Below are positions 38,303 to 51,021 of a DNA stretch of 64,000 nt, one piece after another; position 1 is the first letter of the stretch, and each line of letters opens with the position of its first letter. Made by a program: the position numbers and the translations under genes. The notes beneath the pieces are model-generated. The model searched no databases and was not told the DNA's origin. It saw nothing but the letters and a program-made list of their open reading frames with translations. The stretch comes from Candidatus Omnitrophota bacterium. Its GTDB lineage: Bacteria; Omnitrophota; Gorgyraeia; Zapsychrales; Fredricksoniimonadaceae. The stretch spans positions 20,896 to 84,895 of the forward strand of contig JACQCF010000005.1 of the NCBI GenBank assembly GCA_016201795.1. The letters run 5' to 3'.

Positions 38303-38605
38303 TTACTGTTTAATCTCCACATCCACCCCGGCAGGCAAATTCAACTTACGCAGAGCTTCCACCGTTTTGGATGTCGGATTAACTAAATCAATCAAGCGTT
38401 TGTGCGTGGCCAACTGAAACTGTTCCCGGCTCTTTTTGTCAATGACCGGCGAACGAAGAACAGTGTAAAGTTCTTTTTTCGTCGGCAATGGCACCGGTCC
38501 TAAGACCTGGGCGCCGGTACGGATGGCCGTATCCACGATTTCCTGGGTTGATTGGTCAATCAACCGATGATCAAACGCCTTAAGTTTTATACGTATTTTT
38601 TGCAT
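38303..38605 (-). CDS. rpsJ: 30S ribosomal protein S10
   Basis: [41 protein letters not shown]; start taken at 38605. Confidence 0.98.
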   Translation of the reverse strand: MQKIRIKLKAFDHRLIDQSTQEIVDTAIRTGAQVLGPVPLPTKKELYTVLRSPVIDKKSREQFQLATHKRLIDLVNPTSKTVEALRKLNLPAGVDVEIKQ

Positions 38606-38651
38606 TGAATTTCTTAAGTATTTTTCCTTAGTATTTTCCTTGCTTAAATTC

Positions 38652-38673
38652 ATCCCCAGCAACGTCGAGGGAT
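38652..38673 (+). repeat. degenerate tandem-GA hairpin repeat unit
   Basis: ATCCC-CA-GCAACGTC-GA-GGGAT just 3' of tuf stop. Confidence 0.5.
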
Positions 38674-38677
38674 TTCC

Positions 38678-39880
38678 TTATTTTAAAACTTCAGAAATAA
38701 CACCTGCACCCACTGTGTGGCCGCCTTCGCGGATGGCGAAGCGTAATTCCTTCTCCATGGCGACCGGCTTACCCGTCTCTAATTCTACCGTCAATTGAAC
38801 GTTATCACCGGGCATACACATTTCAACGCCAGCCGGCAATTCGGCTGTACCGGTCACGTCGGTCGTTCTAAAATAGAACTGAGGACGATAACCTTTGAAA
38901 AACGGCGTATGACGGCCGCCTTCTTCCTTAGTTAAGATGTAAACGGAAGCCTTGAATTTAGTGTGCGGTTTAATGGTGCCTTTGGCCGCTAATACCATGC
39001 CGCGCTCCACGTCTTCCTTGTTGACACCGCGTAACAGTAAACCAACGTTGTCGCCGGCCTGACCTTCATCCAATTCCTTCCGGAACATTTCCACACCGGT
39101 GACGACAACATTTTTGATGGCGGGACGCAAACCGATGAGTTCAACTTCTTCACTGACCTTGACACGACCGCGTTCAATACGGCCGGTGGCCACGGTACCG
39201 CGACCGGAAATAGAGAACACGTCTTCCACCGCCATGATAAAAGGTTTATCCAACTCACGTACCGGGGTGGGAATATATTCGTCCACCGCCTTCATAAGCT
39301 CAACAATCGGTTTGGCTTTACCTTCAAAATCGGTGGGATTATTTAACGCATCAAGGGCGGAACCGCGGATAATCGGGGCTTTATCTCCGTCGAATTTATA
39401 CTTGGTTAACAACTCACGGACTTCCAATTCCACAAGGTCCAACAATTCTTTATCGGCCACCTGGTCGCATTTGTTCATAAATACCACAATACGAGGAACG
39501 TTAACCTGGCGGGCCAATAGAATGTGTTCACGGGTTTGCGGCATCGGACCATCGGTGGCAGAAACCACTAAGATAGCGCCGTCCATCTGGGCAGCACCGG
39601 TAATCATATTTTTGATATAGTCGGCGTGGCCCGGACAATCGATGTGCGCGTAGTGACGGCCTTCTGTTTCATATTCCAGATGCGAAATGTTGATCGTCAC
39701 ACCGCGTTCTTTTTCTTCCGGCGCATTGTCAATGGAATCATAAGCACGCGCTTCAGCTAGACCTTTTTTACTTAAAACAGTTGTAATGGCCGCGGAAAGA
39801 GTGGTTTTTCCGTGGTCAACGTGACCAATAGTTCCAATATTTAAGTGAGGTTTTGTACGTTCGAATTTTCCTTTTGCCAT
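38678..39880 (-). CDS. tuf: elongation factor Tu
   Basis: [35 protein letters not shown]. Confidence 0.99.
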   Translation of the reverse strand: MAKGKFERTKPHLNIGTIGHVDHGKTTLSAAITTVLSKKGLAEARAYDSIDNAPEEKERGVTINISHLEYETEGRHYAHIDCPGHADYIKNMITGAAQMDGAILVVSATDGPMPQTREHILLARQVNVPRIVVFMNKCDQVADKELLDLVELEVRELLTKYKFDGDKAPIIRGSALDALNNPTDFEGKAKPIVELMKAVDEYIPTPVRELDKPFIMAVEDVFSISGRGTVATGRIERGRVKVSEEVELIGLRPAIKNVVVTGVEMFRKELDEGQAGDNVGLLLRGVNKEDVERGMVLAAKGTIKPHTKFKASVYILTKEEGGRHTPFFKGYRPQFYFRTTDVTGTAELPAGVEMCMPGDNVQLTVELETGKPVAMEKELRFAIREGGHTVGAGVISEVLK

Positions 39881-39941
39881 TGCCTAATCCTCCGGTTGAT
39901 GTATCTGGTTATCTTTTCTCTAAAAATTAGAATAATGGGCG

Positions 39942-42044
39942 TTAATTGCTTTTTGCGGCGATCTCTTGACGAGCGCCAATGATTTTTTCAGCGATTTGGT
40001 TAGGAACCTGCGCGTAATACGAAGGTTCCATGGAGAATGATGCGCGTCCCTGGGTCAGAGACCGCAGCGCATTCGCGTAGCTAAACATTTCGGCCAAGGG
40101 AACATAAGCAATGGCAGTTTTGAGCTTGCCACGATTGCCGCTTTCCTTGATTTGAGCACGGCGAGTCATCAAATCACCGATCACATTACCCCAATAATCC
40201 TCGGGGACCGTGATTTCCAACTTCATGATTGGCTCTTGAAAAACGCATCCAGCTTTACGGAAAGCTTCTTGAATCGCCCGTTTGCCCGCCAACTGGAAGG
40301 ACATTTCATCTGAGTCCACCTCATGATAAGAACCGTCCACCAGCGTGACCACAAAATCCGTCACAGGATAACCGGCTAGTATACCATTTTGCGCACCTAT
40401 TTCAATACCTTCTTTAATCGGCTTGATGAATTCCCGAGGGACCGCCCCACCTCTGATTTTGTCAACAAACACAAGACCTGTCCTGGACTCACCCGGTTCG
40501 ACATCAATAACGCAATGGCCGTATTTACCGCGGCCGCCGGTTTGCGAAATATATTTACCGACTATGCCGGTCACCTTTTTGGTAATAGCTTCCTTATAAG
40601 CTACTTCCGGACGGCCAACATTGCATTCGAGGTTGTTCTCACGCCTCATACGATCAACAATGATTTCCAAATGCAACTCACCCATCCCGGAGATAATCGT
40701 TTGAGATGTTTCATGATCGAATTTCACATGCAACGAAGGATCTTCATCAAGGAATTTACGCAACACCATGCCCATTTTATCCTGATCAGCTTTGGTTTTC
40801 GGTTCAATAGCTAACGACACTACCGGATCAGGAGCTTTCAGTCCTTCTAACACAATCAGTTTATCTTCGGAACATAATGTGTCCCCTGATTTGGATTCTT
40901 TAAGCCCTACCAAAGCCACAATTTCCCCCGCGGAAGCGGAGCTGATATTTTCCTGCTTATTCGAATGCATTAATACGATTTTGGCGATTTTTTCTCTTTT
41001 GCTGTTGGAAGAATTCAAATAATTCTGCCCCTGAAGGAACTTTCCGGAATATACTCTGGTAAAAAAAATTTTTCCCACATAAGGATCAGATGCAATTTTA
41101 AAGACTAAACCCACCGGGTACTGCGTAGCATCAACTTTTAATTCAATCACTTCTTCTTTATTATCGGGATTATAACCTTTCATGGGCGGGATATCGAGCG
41201 GCGAGGGAAGAAAATTCACAATAGCGTCCAAGACCATCTGGACTCCTCTATTTCTTAAGGAAGAGCCAACCAGAACAGGGATAAATTTACACGCAATCAC
41301 CGTGCGACGAATCGCAGCCATCATCTGTTCTTTGGCGGGTTCTTTGCCGTTAAGGAAGAAATCCGCCATTTCATCGTCGACTTCCGCCAGGCGCTCGATC
41401 AAATCATGACGGTATGTTTTGACTTTATCTTTGAATTGATCCGGCAAAGGCAAACGGTCAAACTCCATACCCTCTTTATCTTTGTACTTAATATATTGCT
41501 CATTAATGACATCTACGATTCCTTTGAAATTATCTTCGGCCCCGTCGGGGAATTCAATACCGGCAGCGTTAGCGCCCAAACGTTCGTGCATTTCAGAGAC
41601 CACGCGGTCAAAATCGGCACCCAAACGGTCAATTTTATTGATGAAGGCAATACGGGGAACATGGTATTTATCGGCCTGACGGTAAACCGTCTCGGTTTGC
41701 GGCTGAACGCCGGAGCATCCACACAAGACAATGACGCAACCGTCTAAAACTTTCAAAGAACGTTCCACTTCAATGGTAAAATCCACGTGTCCGGGGGTAT
41801 CGATAATATTCAAACGGTGATCGTGCCAGAATGAAGTGGTGGCCGCGGCGGTGATTGTAATCCCGCGCTCCTGCTCCTGCGGCATCCAGTCCATAGTGGT
41901 ATTACCATCATCAATATTACCCATTTTATGGATCTCACCCGTGTAATAAAGAATGCGTTCCGTCGTAGTGGTTTTCCCCGCGTCAATATGCGCGATAATA
42001 CCAAAATTACGGAACTTATTTAAAGGAATCGTATTAGCTGCCAT
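39942..42044 (-). CDS. fusA: elongation factor G
   Basis: AHIDAGKTT, QERGITI, DTPGHVDF, NKID, GMGELHL, GSYHEVDS. Confidence 0.98.
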   Translation of the reverse strand: MAANTIPLNKFRNFGIIAHIDAGKTTTTERILYYTGEIHKMGNIDDGNTTMDWMPQEQERGITITAAATTSFWHDHRLNIIDTPGHVDFTIEVERSLKVLDGCVIVLCGCSGVQPQTETVYRQADKYHVPRIAFINKIDRLGADFDRVVSEMHERLGANAAGIEFPDGAEDNFKGIVDVINEQYIKYKDKEGMEFDRLPLPDQFKDKVKTYRHDLIERLAEVDDEMADFFLNGKEPAKEQMMAAIRRTVIACKFIPVLVGSSLRNRGVQMVLDAIVNFLPSPLDIPPMKGYNPDNKEEVIELKVDATQYPVGLVFKIASDPYVGKIFFTRVYSGKFLQGQNYLNSSNSKREKIAKIVLMHSNKQENISSASAGEIVALVGLKESKSGDTLCSEDKLIVLEGLKAPDPVVSLAIEPKTKADQDKMGMVLRKFLDEDPSLHVKFDHETSQTIISGMGELHLEIIVDRMRRENNLECNVGRPEVAYKEAITKKVTGIVGKYISQTGGRGKYGHCVIDVEPGESRTGLVFVDKIRGGAVPREFIKPIKEGIEIGAQNGILAGYPVTDFVVTLVDGSYHEVDSDEMSFQLAGKRAIQEAFRKAGCVFQEPIMKLEITVPEDYWGNVIGDLMTRRAQIKESGNRGKLKTAIAYVPLAEMFSYANALRSLTQGRASFSMEPSYYAQVPNQIAEKIIGARQEIAAKSN

Positions 42045-42102
42045 AACTCATTATCCCGACGCTCACTTCGCCTGAGTGAAACGAACGTCAAAGCCATCTC
42101 CT

Positions 42103-42573
42103 TTACCATCTTAAGTGGCTAAAAGCCCTGTTGGCCTCGGCCATCTTATGTGCTTCATCACGTTTTTTAATCGCCGGGCCTTCGGATTTATAAGCGGCCA
42201 CCAGTTCTTCGGCGAGTTTAATTTCCATCGGTTTACCTTTTTTGTTTCTGGCAAAATCACGAATCCAGCGCATCGCTAGCGACATGCCCCGGGCCGGCAC
42301 CACATCTGTCGGTACCTGATACGTTGCCCCACCGACACGGCGGGCTTTGACTTCCAGACGCGGACGCACATTATCAATGGCTCTATTCAGGGCCTTCACA
42401 GGGCTTTCTTCCTGTGTTTTCTCCTTCAAAATATCCAAAGCGCTATAGACAATGCGTTCGGCAATGGTCTTTTTGCCTTCGGTCATGATAATGGCCACAA
42501 AACGGGTGATCAAATCACTGTTATATTTAGGATCCCCGACAACTTTTCTTTTTTCTGCACGGCGTCTTCTCAT
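42103..42573 (-). CDS. rpsG: 30S ribosomal protein S7
   Basis: RRVGGATYQVP, HKMAEANRAF. Confidence 0.98.
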   Translation of the reverse strand: MRRRRAEKRKVVGDPKYNSDLITRFVAIIMTEGKKTIAERIVYSALDILKEKTQEESPVKALNRAIDNVRPRLEVKARRVGGATYQVPTDVVPARGMSLAMRWIRDFARNKKGKPMEIKLAEELVAAYKSEGPAIKKRDEAHKMAEANRAFSHLRW

Positions 42574-42578
42574 CTTGA

Positions 42579-42950
42579 TTATTTACCCTTCTTGGCTCCG
42601 TATTTGGAACGGCTTTTTTTACGATTTGCAACACCCGCGGTATCCAGTGTGCCGCGCACAATGTGATAACGCACCCCCGGCAAATCCTTCACGCGTCCGC
42701 CACGCACCAACACGATCGAGTGCTCCTGCAAATTATGTCCCTCCCCGGGAATATAAGAGGTCACCTCAATTTTATTGGACAGACGCACGCGGGCGATTTT
42801 CCGAAGCGCCGAATTCGGTTTTTTCGGCGTCATGGTTTTCACCTGCAGACAAACGCCACGACGCTGAGGACAGTTGGTGAGCGCAGGAGATTTACTGCGC
42901 TTGATTTTCAACTGCCGGCGATGTCTGATGAGCTGTGCTATCGTTGGCAT
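42579..42950 (-). CDS. rpsL: 30S ribosomal protein S12
   Basis: [30 protein letters not shown]. Confidence 0.99.
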   Translation of the reverse strand: MPTIAQLIRHRRQLKIKRSKSPALTNCPQRRGVCLQVKTMTPKKPNSALRKIARVRLSNKIEVTSYIPGEGHNLQEHSIVLVRGGRVKDLPGVRYHIVRGTLDTAGVANRKKSRSKYGAKKGK

Positions 42951-45900
42951 ATTTCACCATTTCAATTTGATGATATTCCTTCATCCCCGTCCCCGCTGGA
43001 ATCAAATGTCCGACGATGACGTTCTCTTTTAAACCGCGCAAAAAGTCAACTTTACCAGATGCTGCTGCTTCTGTCAAGACTCTGGTCGTTTCTTGGAAGC
43101 TCGCAGCGGAAATAAAACTTTCCGTCGTCAAAGAAACCTTGGTGATTCCCAATAACAACGGAGTTGCCTTCGCGGGTTTACCTTTTTTCTTTAAAATTGC
43201 CTCGTTAGCTTTCTTAAAGATGACACGGTCCACCTGATCTCCCACGAGACAATCGGTATCACCCGCATCATCAATGCGCACTTTCTTAAGCATCTGCGAA
43301 ATGATAATTTCGATATGCTTATCGTTAATACGCACACCCTGTAGACGGTAAACCTCTTGAACTTCATTGAGCAAATATTCCTGCAATGCTTTATCACCGC
43401 TGACGCGCAGAATGTCATGCGGCACCACTGGACCATCTGTCAACTGCTGACCGGCAAACACATGATCGCCCTTATAGACATTGGGATGCTTACCATGAGG
43501 AATGGTATATTCCTTAGCCATACCCGTTGAACTCTTAACGATGATAGTCCGCAAACCGCGTTTGTCTTCACCGAATTCTGTCATCCCGTCGATTTCGGAG
43601 ATCACCGCCGGATCCTTGGGACGGCGCGCTTCAAAAAGCTCCGCCACACGAGGAAGACCGCCGGTAATATCGCGCGTTTTGCTGGCGCTACGAGGAATTT
43701 TGGCAATCAATTCACCAGCGGACACCACATTTTTATCGTTAACCAAAATATGCGCCCCTACGGGAATCGAATAAATCCCTACCACTTCGCCTTTATCATC
43801 GCTGATGATAATCTGCGGATGATATTCCTGTTTATGTTCCACCACCACGCGTTCGACAACACCGGTGACAGGATTCTCTTCACGCTGATAAGTCGTACCT
43901 TCATCCAAATCCTCAAAGGAGACTTTACCTTTGGCTTCCGTGATAATAGGAATCGTGTATGGATCCCAGGTAGCGACAACTTCACCTTTGCTGATATTAT
44001 GTCCATCGGCAAAAGACAGAGACGCTCCCTGTGGCAACGGATGACGTTCAAACTCACGGCCATATTCATTATTGATACTAACGGCCCCATTACGGTTTAA
44101 GACAATGTATTCTTTGCCGCGCAAAACCACGCGCAATTGATGGTATTTAACGATCCCATCCTGTTTGACTTTGATAAACGACTGCTCAATGGTACGGGAA
44201 GCTGTACCACCGATGTGAAACGTCCGCATGGTCAGTTGGGTTCCGGGTTCGCCGATACTTTGAGCGGCAATGGTTCCCACCGCTTCGCCGATTTCCACCA
44301 AACGCTGAGTGGCCAGGTTACGGCCGTAGCATTTAACGCAAATGCCTCGACCGGTCTCACAGGTCAGCACCGAACGGATACGTACCTTTTCAATCCCCAA
44401 CTGTTCGATGATATCCGCTTTTTCTTCGGTGATCACTTCACCGGAACCCACCACCTGGGTATCGGTGACAATATCCACGATATTATCCAACGCCACGCGT
44501 CCAACAATACGCTCTTTTAAAGAAACCACCATCTCATCGCCTTCGGTGATCGCTGAAACGGTAATACCATTGACAGTACCACAGTCTATTTCACTGACAA
44601 CGACTTCTTGAGCCACGTCCACCAGACGACGGGTTAAATAACCGGCGTCCGCGGTCTTCAGAGCGGTATCGGCCAAACCTTTACGGGCACCGTGCGTGGA
44701 AATGAAGTACTCCAACACGGTCAACCCTTCACGGAAAGAAGCCGTGATGGGATTTTCGATAATTTCCCCTGACGGCTTGGCCATCAGCCCGCGCATACCC
44801 GAAAGCTGACGGATTTGCAATTTAGAACCGCGCGCTCCGGAATCAGCCATAATGTACACCGGATTAAACGGATCCATTTTCTTAAATACCATGTCTGAGA
44901 GTATTTCCGTCGTATGCGTCCAGACGTCGATGACTTTATTGTAACGCTCACGGCCGGTGATGATACCTTTGCGGTACTGATCGTCCACTTTGGTCACTTC
45001 AGCTTTGGCCGCCGCAATAATTTTCGGTTTATCTTCGGGAATGGTTAAATCCGACATGGCAATGGAAATACCCGCCTCGGTAGATTTCATAAACCCTAAT
45101 TGTTTGACATCATCCAGCAACTGAACCGTGCGATGCTGACCGAAACGTTTATAGCAGTCGGCAATCACCGCTCCAACACGCTTCTTGTCCAGCAGTTCAT
45201 TAACAAAACCGTAATCTGGCGGCAAAACATCGTTAAAAAACACACGGCCGACGGTCGTTTCAATGATATTGCTGGTTTTGACTTTAACTTCCTGTTCCTT
45301 TTTAGGTTTACTTTTGACCTCCGGTTGAATGACCAAGGACGGCTTCTCCTGGCCCCAGACCGGAATATCCAAACGCAGCTTGATGCGCGCGTGAGAGTCT
45401 AAATAACCATCGTAATAAGCAATTTTGACTTCCTCGCGGCTAGCAAATAAATGTCCTTCCCCTTTAGCACCAGGACGTTCCTTGGTCAAGTAATACAAAC
45501 CAAGAACGATATCCTGCGTTGGAGACACCACCGGCCGGCCGTCAGCCGGCGAGAATAAGTTATTAACCGACAATAATTGCAGACGGCATTCGATTTGAGC
45601 TTCCAAGCTCAAAGGTACGTGCACGGCCATTTGGTCACCGTCGAAGTCCGCGTTAAACGCGGTACAGACCAGCGGATGCAATTTGATAGCCTTACCTTCG
45701 ATAAGTACCGGCTGGAATGCCTGAATCGACAAGCGATGCAGCGTCGGTGCACGGTTAAGCATGACCGGATGATCTTGAATAACCTCATCCAAGATATCCC
45801 ACACCTCAATTTTGGCACGTTCCACCATGCGTTTGGCACCCTTGATTGTATGTACAAAGCCTTTCTCGCGCAGTTTGCGGATAATAAAAGGCTCAAATAA

Positions 45901-47004
45901 TTCCAATGCCATTTTCTTAGGCAAACCACATTGATGCAGCTTGAGCTCAGGGCCGACGACGATAACAGAACGGCCGGAATAGTCCACGCGTTTACCCAAA
46001 AGATTCATGCGGAAGCGGCCTTGTTTACCTTTAAGCATATCGGAGAGAGACTTCAAAGGACGATTACCGCTGCCTAACACCGGACGGCCGTGACGACCAT
46101 TGTCCAACAAAGCATCGACCGCTTCCTGCAACATACGCTTTTCGTTGCGGATAATGATTTCCGGAGCATTCAGATCAATCAGCTTCTTTAAACGATTGTT
46201 ACGGTTAATGACCCGACGATAAAGATCATTCAAGTCTGAGGTCGCAAAACGTCCACCTTCCAGAGGCACCAGAGGACGTAGATCCGGCGGGATCACCGGT
46301 AAAACATCCAACACCATCCACTCGGGTTTATTGCCAGAAGCCTTGAAATCCTCGACGATCTTTAACGTCTTGATTAATTTCTTAAAGTTGGTTCCATTGG
46401 GGTTAGCATCGGCTAAATCTTTGCGTAATTTCTTGCACAAAACAGCCAGATCGATTTCTTTGAGTAAATCATGAATAGCTTCCGCCCCGATTTTAGCTTT
46501 AAAGGCACCGCCGTGTTTGACCATCGCATCTTGATATTCGTCTTCGGAGAGAAACTGTTTCTTCTTCAAAGGCGAAGCGCCCGGGTCAATAATGACATAT
46601 TCTTCGTAATAAATAAGTTTCTCCAGATCACGTAAGCCCACTTGCAGCAAAGCTGCCAGGCGGGAAGGCACCGCTTTGTAAAACCAAATATGGGTCACGG
46701 GACAGGCCAAATCAATATGGCCCATGCGCTCGCGGCGCACCGAGGAACGGGTCACTAAAACCCCACAGCGGTCGCAGGTGATCCCTTTGAACTTGATACC
46801 CTTGTATTTACCGCAATTGCATTCCCAATCGCGAATAGGCCCAAAAATTTTCTCGCAAAAAAGACCATCCTTTTCCGGTTTCAAGGTGCGGTAATTAAGA
46901 GTCTCGGCTTTTTTAACAGCGCCCTTGGACCATGAAGAGATAATCTCCGGAGAGGCAATTTTAATCGTAATACGATCTTGTTTTGTAATATCGATTTTGC
47001 TCAT
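42892..47004 (-). CDS. rpoC: RNA polymerase beta' subunit
   Basis: [32 protein letters not shown] with trigger-loop insertion, DITGGLPRV; 3' end overlaps rpsL by 59 nt. Confidence 0.99.
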   Translation of the reverse strand: MSKIDITKQDRITIKIASPEIISSWSKGAVKKAETLNYRTLKPEKDGLFCEKIFGPIRDWECNCGKYKGIKFKGITCDRCGVLVTRSSVRRERMGHIDLACPVTHIWFYKAVPSRLAALLQVGLRDLEKLIYYEEYVIIDPGASPLKKKQFLSEDEYQDAMVKHGGAFKAKIGAEAIHDLLKEIDLAVLCKKLRKDLADANPNGTNFKKLIKTLKIVEDFKASGNKPEWMVLDVLPVIPPDLRPLVPLEGGRFATSDLNDLYRRVINRNNRLKKLIDLNAPEIIIRNEKRMLQEAVDALLDNGRHGRPVLGSGNRPLKSLSDMLKGKQGRFRMNLLGKRVDYSGRSVIVVGPELKLHQCGLPKKMALELFEPFIIRKLREKGFVHTIKGAKRMVERAKIEVWDILDEVIQDHPVMLNRAPTLHRLSIQAFQPVLIEGKAIKLHPLVCTAFNADFDGDQMAVHVPLSLEAQIECRLQLLSVNNLFSPADGRPVVSPTQDIVLGLYYLTKERPGAKGEGHLFASREEVKIAYYDGYLDSHARIKLRLDIPVWGQEKPSLVIQPEVKSKPKKEQEVKVKTSNIIETTVGRVFFNDVLPPDYGFVNELLDKKRVGAVIADCYKRFGQHRTVQLLDDVKQLGFMKSTEAGISIAMSDLTIPEDKPKIIAAAKAEVTKVDDQYRKGIITGRERYNKVIDVWTHTTEILSDMVFKKMDPFNPVYIMADSGARGSKLQIRQLSGMRGLMAKPSGEIIENPITASFREGLTVLEYFISTHGARKGLADTALKTADAGYLTRRLVDVAQEVVVSEIDCGTVNGITVSAITEGDEMVVSLKERIVGRVALDNIVDIVTDTQVVGSGEVITEEKADIIEQLGIEKVRIRSVLTCETGRGICVKCYGRNLATQRLVEIGEAVGTIAAQSIGEPGTQLTMRTFHIGGTASRTIEQSFIKVKQDGIVKYHQLRVVLRGKEYIVLNRNGAVSINNEYGREFERHPLPQGASLSFADGHNISKGEVVATWDPYTIPIITEAKGKVSFEDLDEGTTYQREENPVTGVVERVVVEHKQEYHPQIIISDDKGEVVGIYSIPVGAHILVNDKNVVSAGELIAKIPRSASKTRDITGGLPRVAELFEARRPKDPAVISEIDGMTEFGEDKRGLRTIIVKSSTGMAKEYTIPHGKHPNVYKGDHVFAGQQLTDGPVVPHDILRVSGDKALQEYLLNEVQEVYRLQGVRINDKHIEIIISQMLKKVRIDDAGDTDCLVGDQVDRVIFKKANEAILKKKGKPAKATPLLLGITKVSLTTESFISAASFQETTRVLTEAAASGKVDFLRGLKENVIVGHLIPAGTGMKEYHQIEMVKYANDSTAHQTSPAVENQAQ

Positions 47005-50000
47005 TGTTTGGCTTCTTCCTTTTGAGGTTGTTCGGATTCAGCTTTTTCCATACGAATATCTAGGCAAAGACCTTGCAACTCTTTGACTAAAACGTTAAAA
47101 GATTCCGGCGTCCCCGGAGAGAGCGCCTGTTCACCTTTGACAATGGCTTCATAAATGCGGCTGCGGCCGTTGACATCGTCGGATTTGACGGTCAACATTT
47201 CCTGCAGGGTATAGGCCGCCCCATACGCCTCTAAAGCCCAGACTTCCATTTCCCCGAAACGCTGGCCGCCAAAATGCGCTTTACCACCGAGCGGCTGTTG
47301 AGTCACCAGCGAATAAGGGCCAATAGAACGGGCGTGAATCTTCTCATCCACCAGGTGATTGAGCTTGAGCATATAAATGTAGCCCACGGTCACCTTTTGT
47401 TCAAACGGCACGCCTGTGTGGCCGTCGAAGACGACCGCTTTGCCGTCTTGCGGCAGGCCAGCGGTTTTAAGAAGATCGCAAATTTCCTCTTCCGTAGCAC
47501 CGTTAAACACCGGTGTTTCGGCATGAAATCCTAAGGCCTGCACGGCCCAGCCTAAATGAGTTTCTAAAAGCTGACCCACGTTCATACGCGAAGGTACGCC
47601 TAAAGGATTAAGCACAATATCGACCGAACGACCGTCTTCTAAAAACGGCATATCTTCTTCCGGCATAATCCGAGAAACAATACCTTTGTTGCCATGGCGG
47701 CCGGCCATTTTATCCCCGACGGAAAGCTTGCGTTTAGTGGCCACATAAACCACTACCCGCTTGATCACCCCGGCAGGCAGCTCATCCCCGCGGCGGATTA
47801 AATCCAGCTCGCGCTCTTCTTCTTCCATAAGCTGAGCAATTTTATCCATGTAAAAACCCATTGTTTCACGGGCTTCGGAACCCTCATCAATGTCATCGAT
47901 GGTTAATTTGGCCACACGTTTTTTATCAATGCCTAAAATTTTGCTTAACTTGGCATCTTTTTCTTGGTTGATGAATTCAATTTCCTGTTTGTAATACTCT
48001 TTGATCTTATGAATCGCCACATTTTCCTTGACTTTATCCTCTTTGGATCTGCGGCCGCGTTCATTACGGGCGAACACTTCAACGTTGACTACCACCCCTT
48101 CAATACCCGGAGACAAAGTCAAAGAGGTATCACGCACATCCGCAGCTTTCTCGCCGAAAATGGCACGCAAGAGACGCTCTTCGGGAGAAAGTTCTTTTTC
48201 GCTTTTGGGAGTGACTTTACCGACTAAAATATCGCCGGCTTTCACTTCCGCTCCCACGCGCACAATACCCTCTTCGGTCAAATCCTTGAGGGCTTCATCA
48301 CCAACATTAGGAATGTCGCGGGTGACTTCTTCATTACCCAGGCGGGTCTCGCGGCATTCGCATTCAAAACGCTCGACGTGAATGGAAGTAAACACGTCCT
48401 CGCGCACGATGCGTTCGTTAATTAAAATTGCATCCTCAAAGTTATATCCACGCCAAGGCATGAATGCCACCAAAACATTGTGGCCTAAGGCCAAACGACC
48501 CTGGTAGGTACCGATACCATCGGCAATCACATCCCCGGCTTCAACTTTCTGACCGGGTTTGACTAAAGGACGTTGATGCACACAGGTATTAGCGTTGGAA
48601 CGCTGAAAGTTCTTCAAAGAATAAATAATTTTACCGATGATAACTTCACGACCGTCCACCTTGGTTACAGTACCGCTTTCCTTGGCAATCACCATGACAC
48701 CGGAATCACGAGCCACTTTGCCTTCCATACCGGTCCCTACAAAAGGCACCTGGGGAATCATCAAAGGCACCGATTGACGCTGCATGTTGGATCCCATCAG
48801 AGCACGATTGGCGTCGTCATGTTCAAGGAAAGGAATAAGAGCAGCCGCCACCGACACCAATTGTTTGGGCGACACATCCATGTATTCAACTTTCTGCGGT
48901 TTGACGCGCGGAAAATCGCCCTTATAACGGCAGGAGACCAAAGATTCCGTGAAACTGCCGTCTTTGTCCACCGGCGAGTTAGCTTGCGCAATGTATTTGT
49001 TCTGATCCACATCTGCGGTCAAATATTCAATCTTTTTGGTCACTTTGCCATCAACAACTTTGCGATAAGGCGTTTCGATGAAACCTAATTCATTGACGCG
49101 CGCGCAGGTCGTCAAAGAGGCGATCAAACCGATGTTCGGACCTTCGGGAGTTTCAATCGGACAAACGCGGCCATAGTGGGTGGGGTGCACGTCGCGTACT
49201 TCGAAACCAGCACGTTCACGTGAAAGACCTCCGGGACCAAGCGCGGACATACGGCGTTTATGCGTCATTTCCGACAAAGGATTAACCTGATCCATAAACT
49301 GCGACAGCTGGCTTCGGGCAAAAAAATCTTGAATTTGATTGGAGAATAGACGGGAATTAATCAGATGATGAATGGTCAAATTTTCAAAGGAGCTCATAAC
49401 CACCAAGCGCTCTTTGATGGAGCGTTCCAGACGCGCCAAACCGATGCGTACCTGGTTCTGGATCAACTCACCGACGGATTTGATACGGCGGTTGCCCAAA
49501 TGGTCAATATCATCACACTCGCCTGTGCCCTCGCGCAAACCGATCAAATACTTAATGACGGAAACCACGGTCTCGACGTCCAAGACGCGGTTATCCATGG
49601 CCACCGTGGTCCCTAATTTGCGGTTGATAATATGACGGCCGACCTTGGAGAGGTCATAACGTTTGGGGTCGAAAAACAAACGGAAAAACAGCGTCTCAGC
49701 CACTTCCATCGTTGCCGGCTCCGTGGGACGCATTTTGCGATAAAAATCCAATAAGGCTTCTTCCTTATTAACCGTGTGATCTTTTTCTAGAGTGTTTTTG
49801 AGCTTATCAAAATGCTCGCCTAACATTTTCTTCATATCCTCGGTGGTGGCCAACCCCATGATACGAAGAATCTGACTCGCCGGGAAATTACGGCGACGGT
49901 CCACATAGGCAATCAAAACATCATTAAGATCATATTTGATTTCAAACCACGCCCCACGGGAGGGAATGATGCGGCCGTGATAAATGCTTTTACCCGTTGG

Positions 50001-50453
50001 GTGGGTCTCTTCTTCAAAAGATACACCCGGCGGACGCTGAATTTGAGAAACCACGACACGCTCATCACCGTTAATAATGAAGGTACCAGTATCAGTCATG
50101 AGTGGAAAATCACCGAAATAAACTTCCTGCTCTTTGATATCGACCGGTGTAATCAGGCGCAGTTTAACTTTTAAAGGAGCGGCATAGGTCATCCCGCGAC
50201 GCTGACATTCATAGCGAGAATATTTTTCTTTGCCGATGGTGTAACCAATATATTCTAGGCGAATCTGCGCGTCGTAGCTTTCTAAAGGAAAAACTTCCCG
50301 AAAAACTTCTTCTAGCCCCTGATCTTTGCGTTTGTCGGAAGCCATCCCTCTTTGAAGAAAATCTTCATAAGAGAGTGTTTGAATGTCTAATAGCTGTGGT
50401 AATTCAAAATTATCCTGGAACTTACTAAAATTTCTGGTTTTTAGTTTGTCCAT
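47001..50453 (-). CDS. rpoB: RNA polymerase beta subunit
   Basis: [39 protein letters not shown]. Confidence 0.99.
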   Translation of the reverse strand: MDKLKTRNFSKFQDNFELPQLLDIQTLSYEDFLQRGMASDKRKDQGLEEVFREVFPLESYDAQIRLEYIGYTIGKEKYSRYECQRRGMTYAAPLKVKLRLITPVDIKEQEVYFGDFPLMTDTGTFIINGDERVVVSQIQRPPGVSFEEETHPTGKSIYHGRIIPSRGAWFEIKYDLNDVLIAYVDRRRNFPASQILRIMGLATTEDMKKMLGEHFDKLKNTLEKDHTVNKEEALLDFYRKMRPTEPATMEVAETLFFRLFFDPKRYDLSKVGRHIINRKLGTTVAMDNRVLDVETVVSVIKYLIGLREGTGECDDIDHLGNRRIKSVGELIQNQVRIGLARLERSIKERLVVMSSFENLTIHHLINSRLFSNQIQDFFARSQLSQFMDQVNPLSEMTHKRRMSALGPGGLSRERAGFEVRDVHPTHYGRVCPIETPEGPNIGLIASLTTCARVNELGFIETPYRKVVDGKVTKKIEYLTADVDQNKYIAQANSPVDKDGSFTESLVSCRYKGDFPRVKPQKVEYMDVSPKQLVSVAAALIPFLEHDDANRALMGSNMQRQSVPLMIPQVPFVGTGMEGKVARDSGVMVIAKESGTVTKVDGREVIIGKIIYSLKNFQRSNANTCVHQRPLVKPGQKVEAGDVIADGIGTYQGRLALGHNVLVAFMPWRGYNFEDAILINERIVREDVFTSIHVERFECECRETRLGNEEVTRDIPNVGDEALKDLTEEGIVRVGAEVKAGDILVGKVTPKSEKELSPEERLLRAIFGEKAADVRDTSLTLSPGIEGVVVNVEVFARNERGRRSKEDKVKENVAIHKIKEYYKQEIEFINQEKDAKLSKILGIDKKRVAKLTIDDIDEGSEARETMGFYMDKIAQLMEEEERELDLIRRGDELPAGVIKRVVVYVATKRKLSVGDKMAGRHGNKGIVSRIMPEEDMPFLEDGRSVDIVLNPLGVPSRMNVGQLLETHLGWAVQALGFHAETPVFNGATEEEICDLLKTAGLPQDGKAVVFDGHTGVPFEQKVTVGYIYMLKLNHLVDEKIHARSIGPYSLVTQQPLGGKAHFGGQRFGEMEVWALEAYGAAYTLQEMLTVKSDDVNGRSRIYEAIVKGEQALSPGTPESFNVLVKELQGLCLDIRMEKAESEQPQKEEAKQ

Positions 50454-50468
50454 ATACTCCCGCCGATG

Positions 50469-50512
50469 GCTAACCCCCTGTTTTCTTGCGAAAGCAAGAA
50501 GGGGGGGCTGGC
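50469..50512 (+). other. long hairpin with GAAA tetraloop in rplL-rpoB spacer
   Basis: GCTAACCCCC..TTCTTGC-GAAA-GCAAGAA-GGGGGGGCTGGC. Confidence 0.6.
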
Positions 50513-50543
50513 ATTTAAGGTTAGTGAAAACAGTAGCGTTGAA

Positions 50544-50951
50544 TTACTTTAATTCCACTTTAGCGCCGGTCGCTTCGAGTTTCTTCTTGAGCTCTTCGGC
50601 TTCGGCCTTCGGAACAGCTTCTTTGATGATCTTAGGAGCCGCTTCCACAAGATCCTTGGCTTCCTTCAAACCTAAGTTAGTCACCGCACGTACTTCTTTG
50701 ATGACATTGATCTTGTTGGTTCCCGCATCTTTGAGGACGACATCAAATGAGGTCTTTTCCTCGGCAGGAGCAGCAGGGCCCGTCGTACCACCACCAACGG
50801 CAGCGATGGCCACGGGAGCAGCCGCTTGAATACCCAGTCTATCCTCCATGGCTTTGACCAATTCAGCCAATTCCAGGACGGTTAAACCGGTCACTTCCTT
50901 GTAAATCCCCTCTAATTTGGGGGCTAATTCTTTGACGGCTGTTTCAGACAT
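50544..50951 (-). CDS. rplL: 50S ribosomal protein L7/L12
   Basis: [39 protein letters not shown]. Confidence 0.98.
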   Translation of the reverse strand: MSETAVKELAPKLEGIYKEVTGLTVLELAELVKAMEDRLGIQAAAPVAIAAVGGGTTGPAAPAEEKTSFDVVLKDAGTNKINVIKEVRAVTNLGLKEAKDLVEAAPKIIKEAVPKAEAEELKKKLEATGAKVELK

Positions 50952-50967
50952 TTTACTAACCTCCTTG

Positions 50968-51021
50968 TTAGATCCTTCGCTTCTAAGACTCAGGATGACT
51001 TCGACGTTGCGTCGGAGTCAC
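50968..51021 (-). repeat. composite double-hairpin element, copy 1 (encodes last codons and stop of rplJ)
   Basis: GTGACTCCGACGCAACGTCGAAGTCA-TCCT-GA-GTCTTAGAAGC-GA-AGGATCTAA. Confidence 0.8.

Noticed and set aside
42058-42089. Hammerhead-like CTGAGTGA...GAA in the rpsG-fusA spacer
   Set aside because: The three-stem junction and cleavage triplet cannot be built; at most a degenerate tandem-GA repeat unit.
49230-49330. Intrinsic rifampicin or streptomycin resistance substitutions
   Set aside because: The RpoB cluster (SQFMDQ..THKRR.S) and S12 (PKKPNS, RVKDLPG) carry the usual sensitive-type residues.
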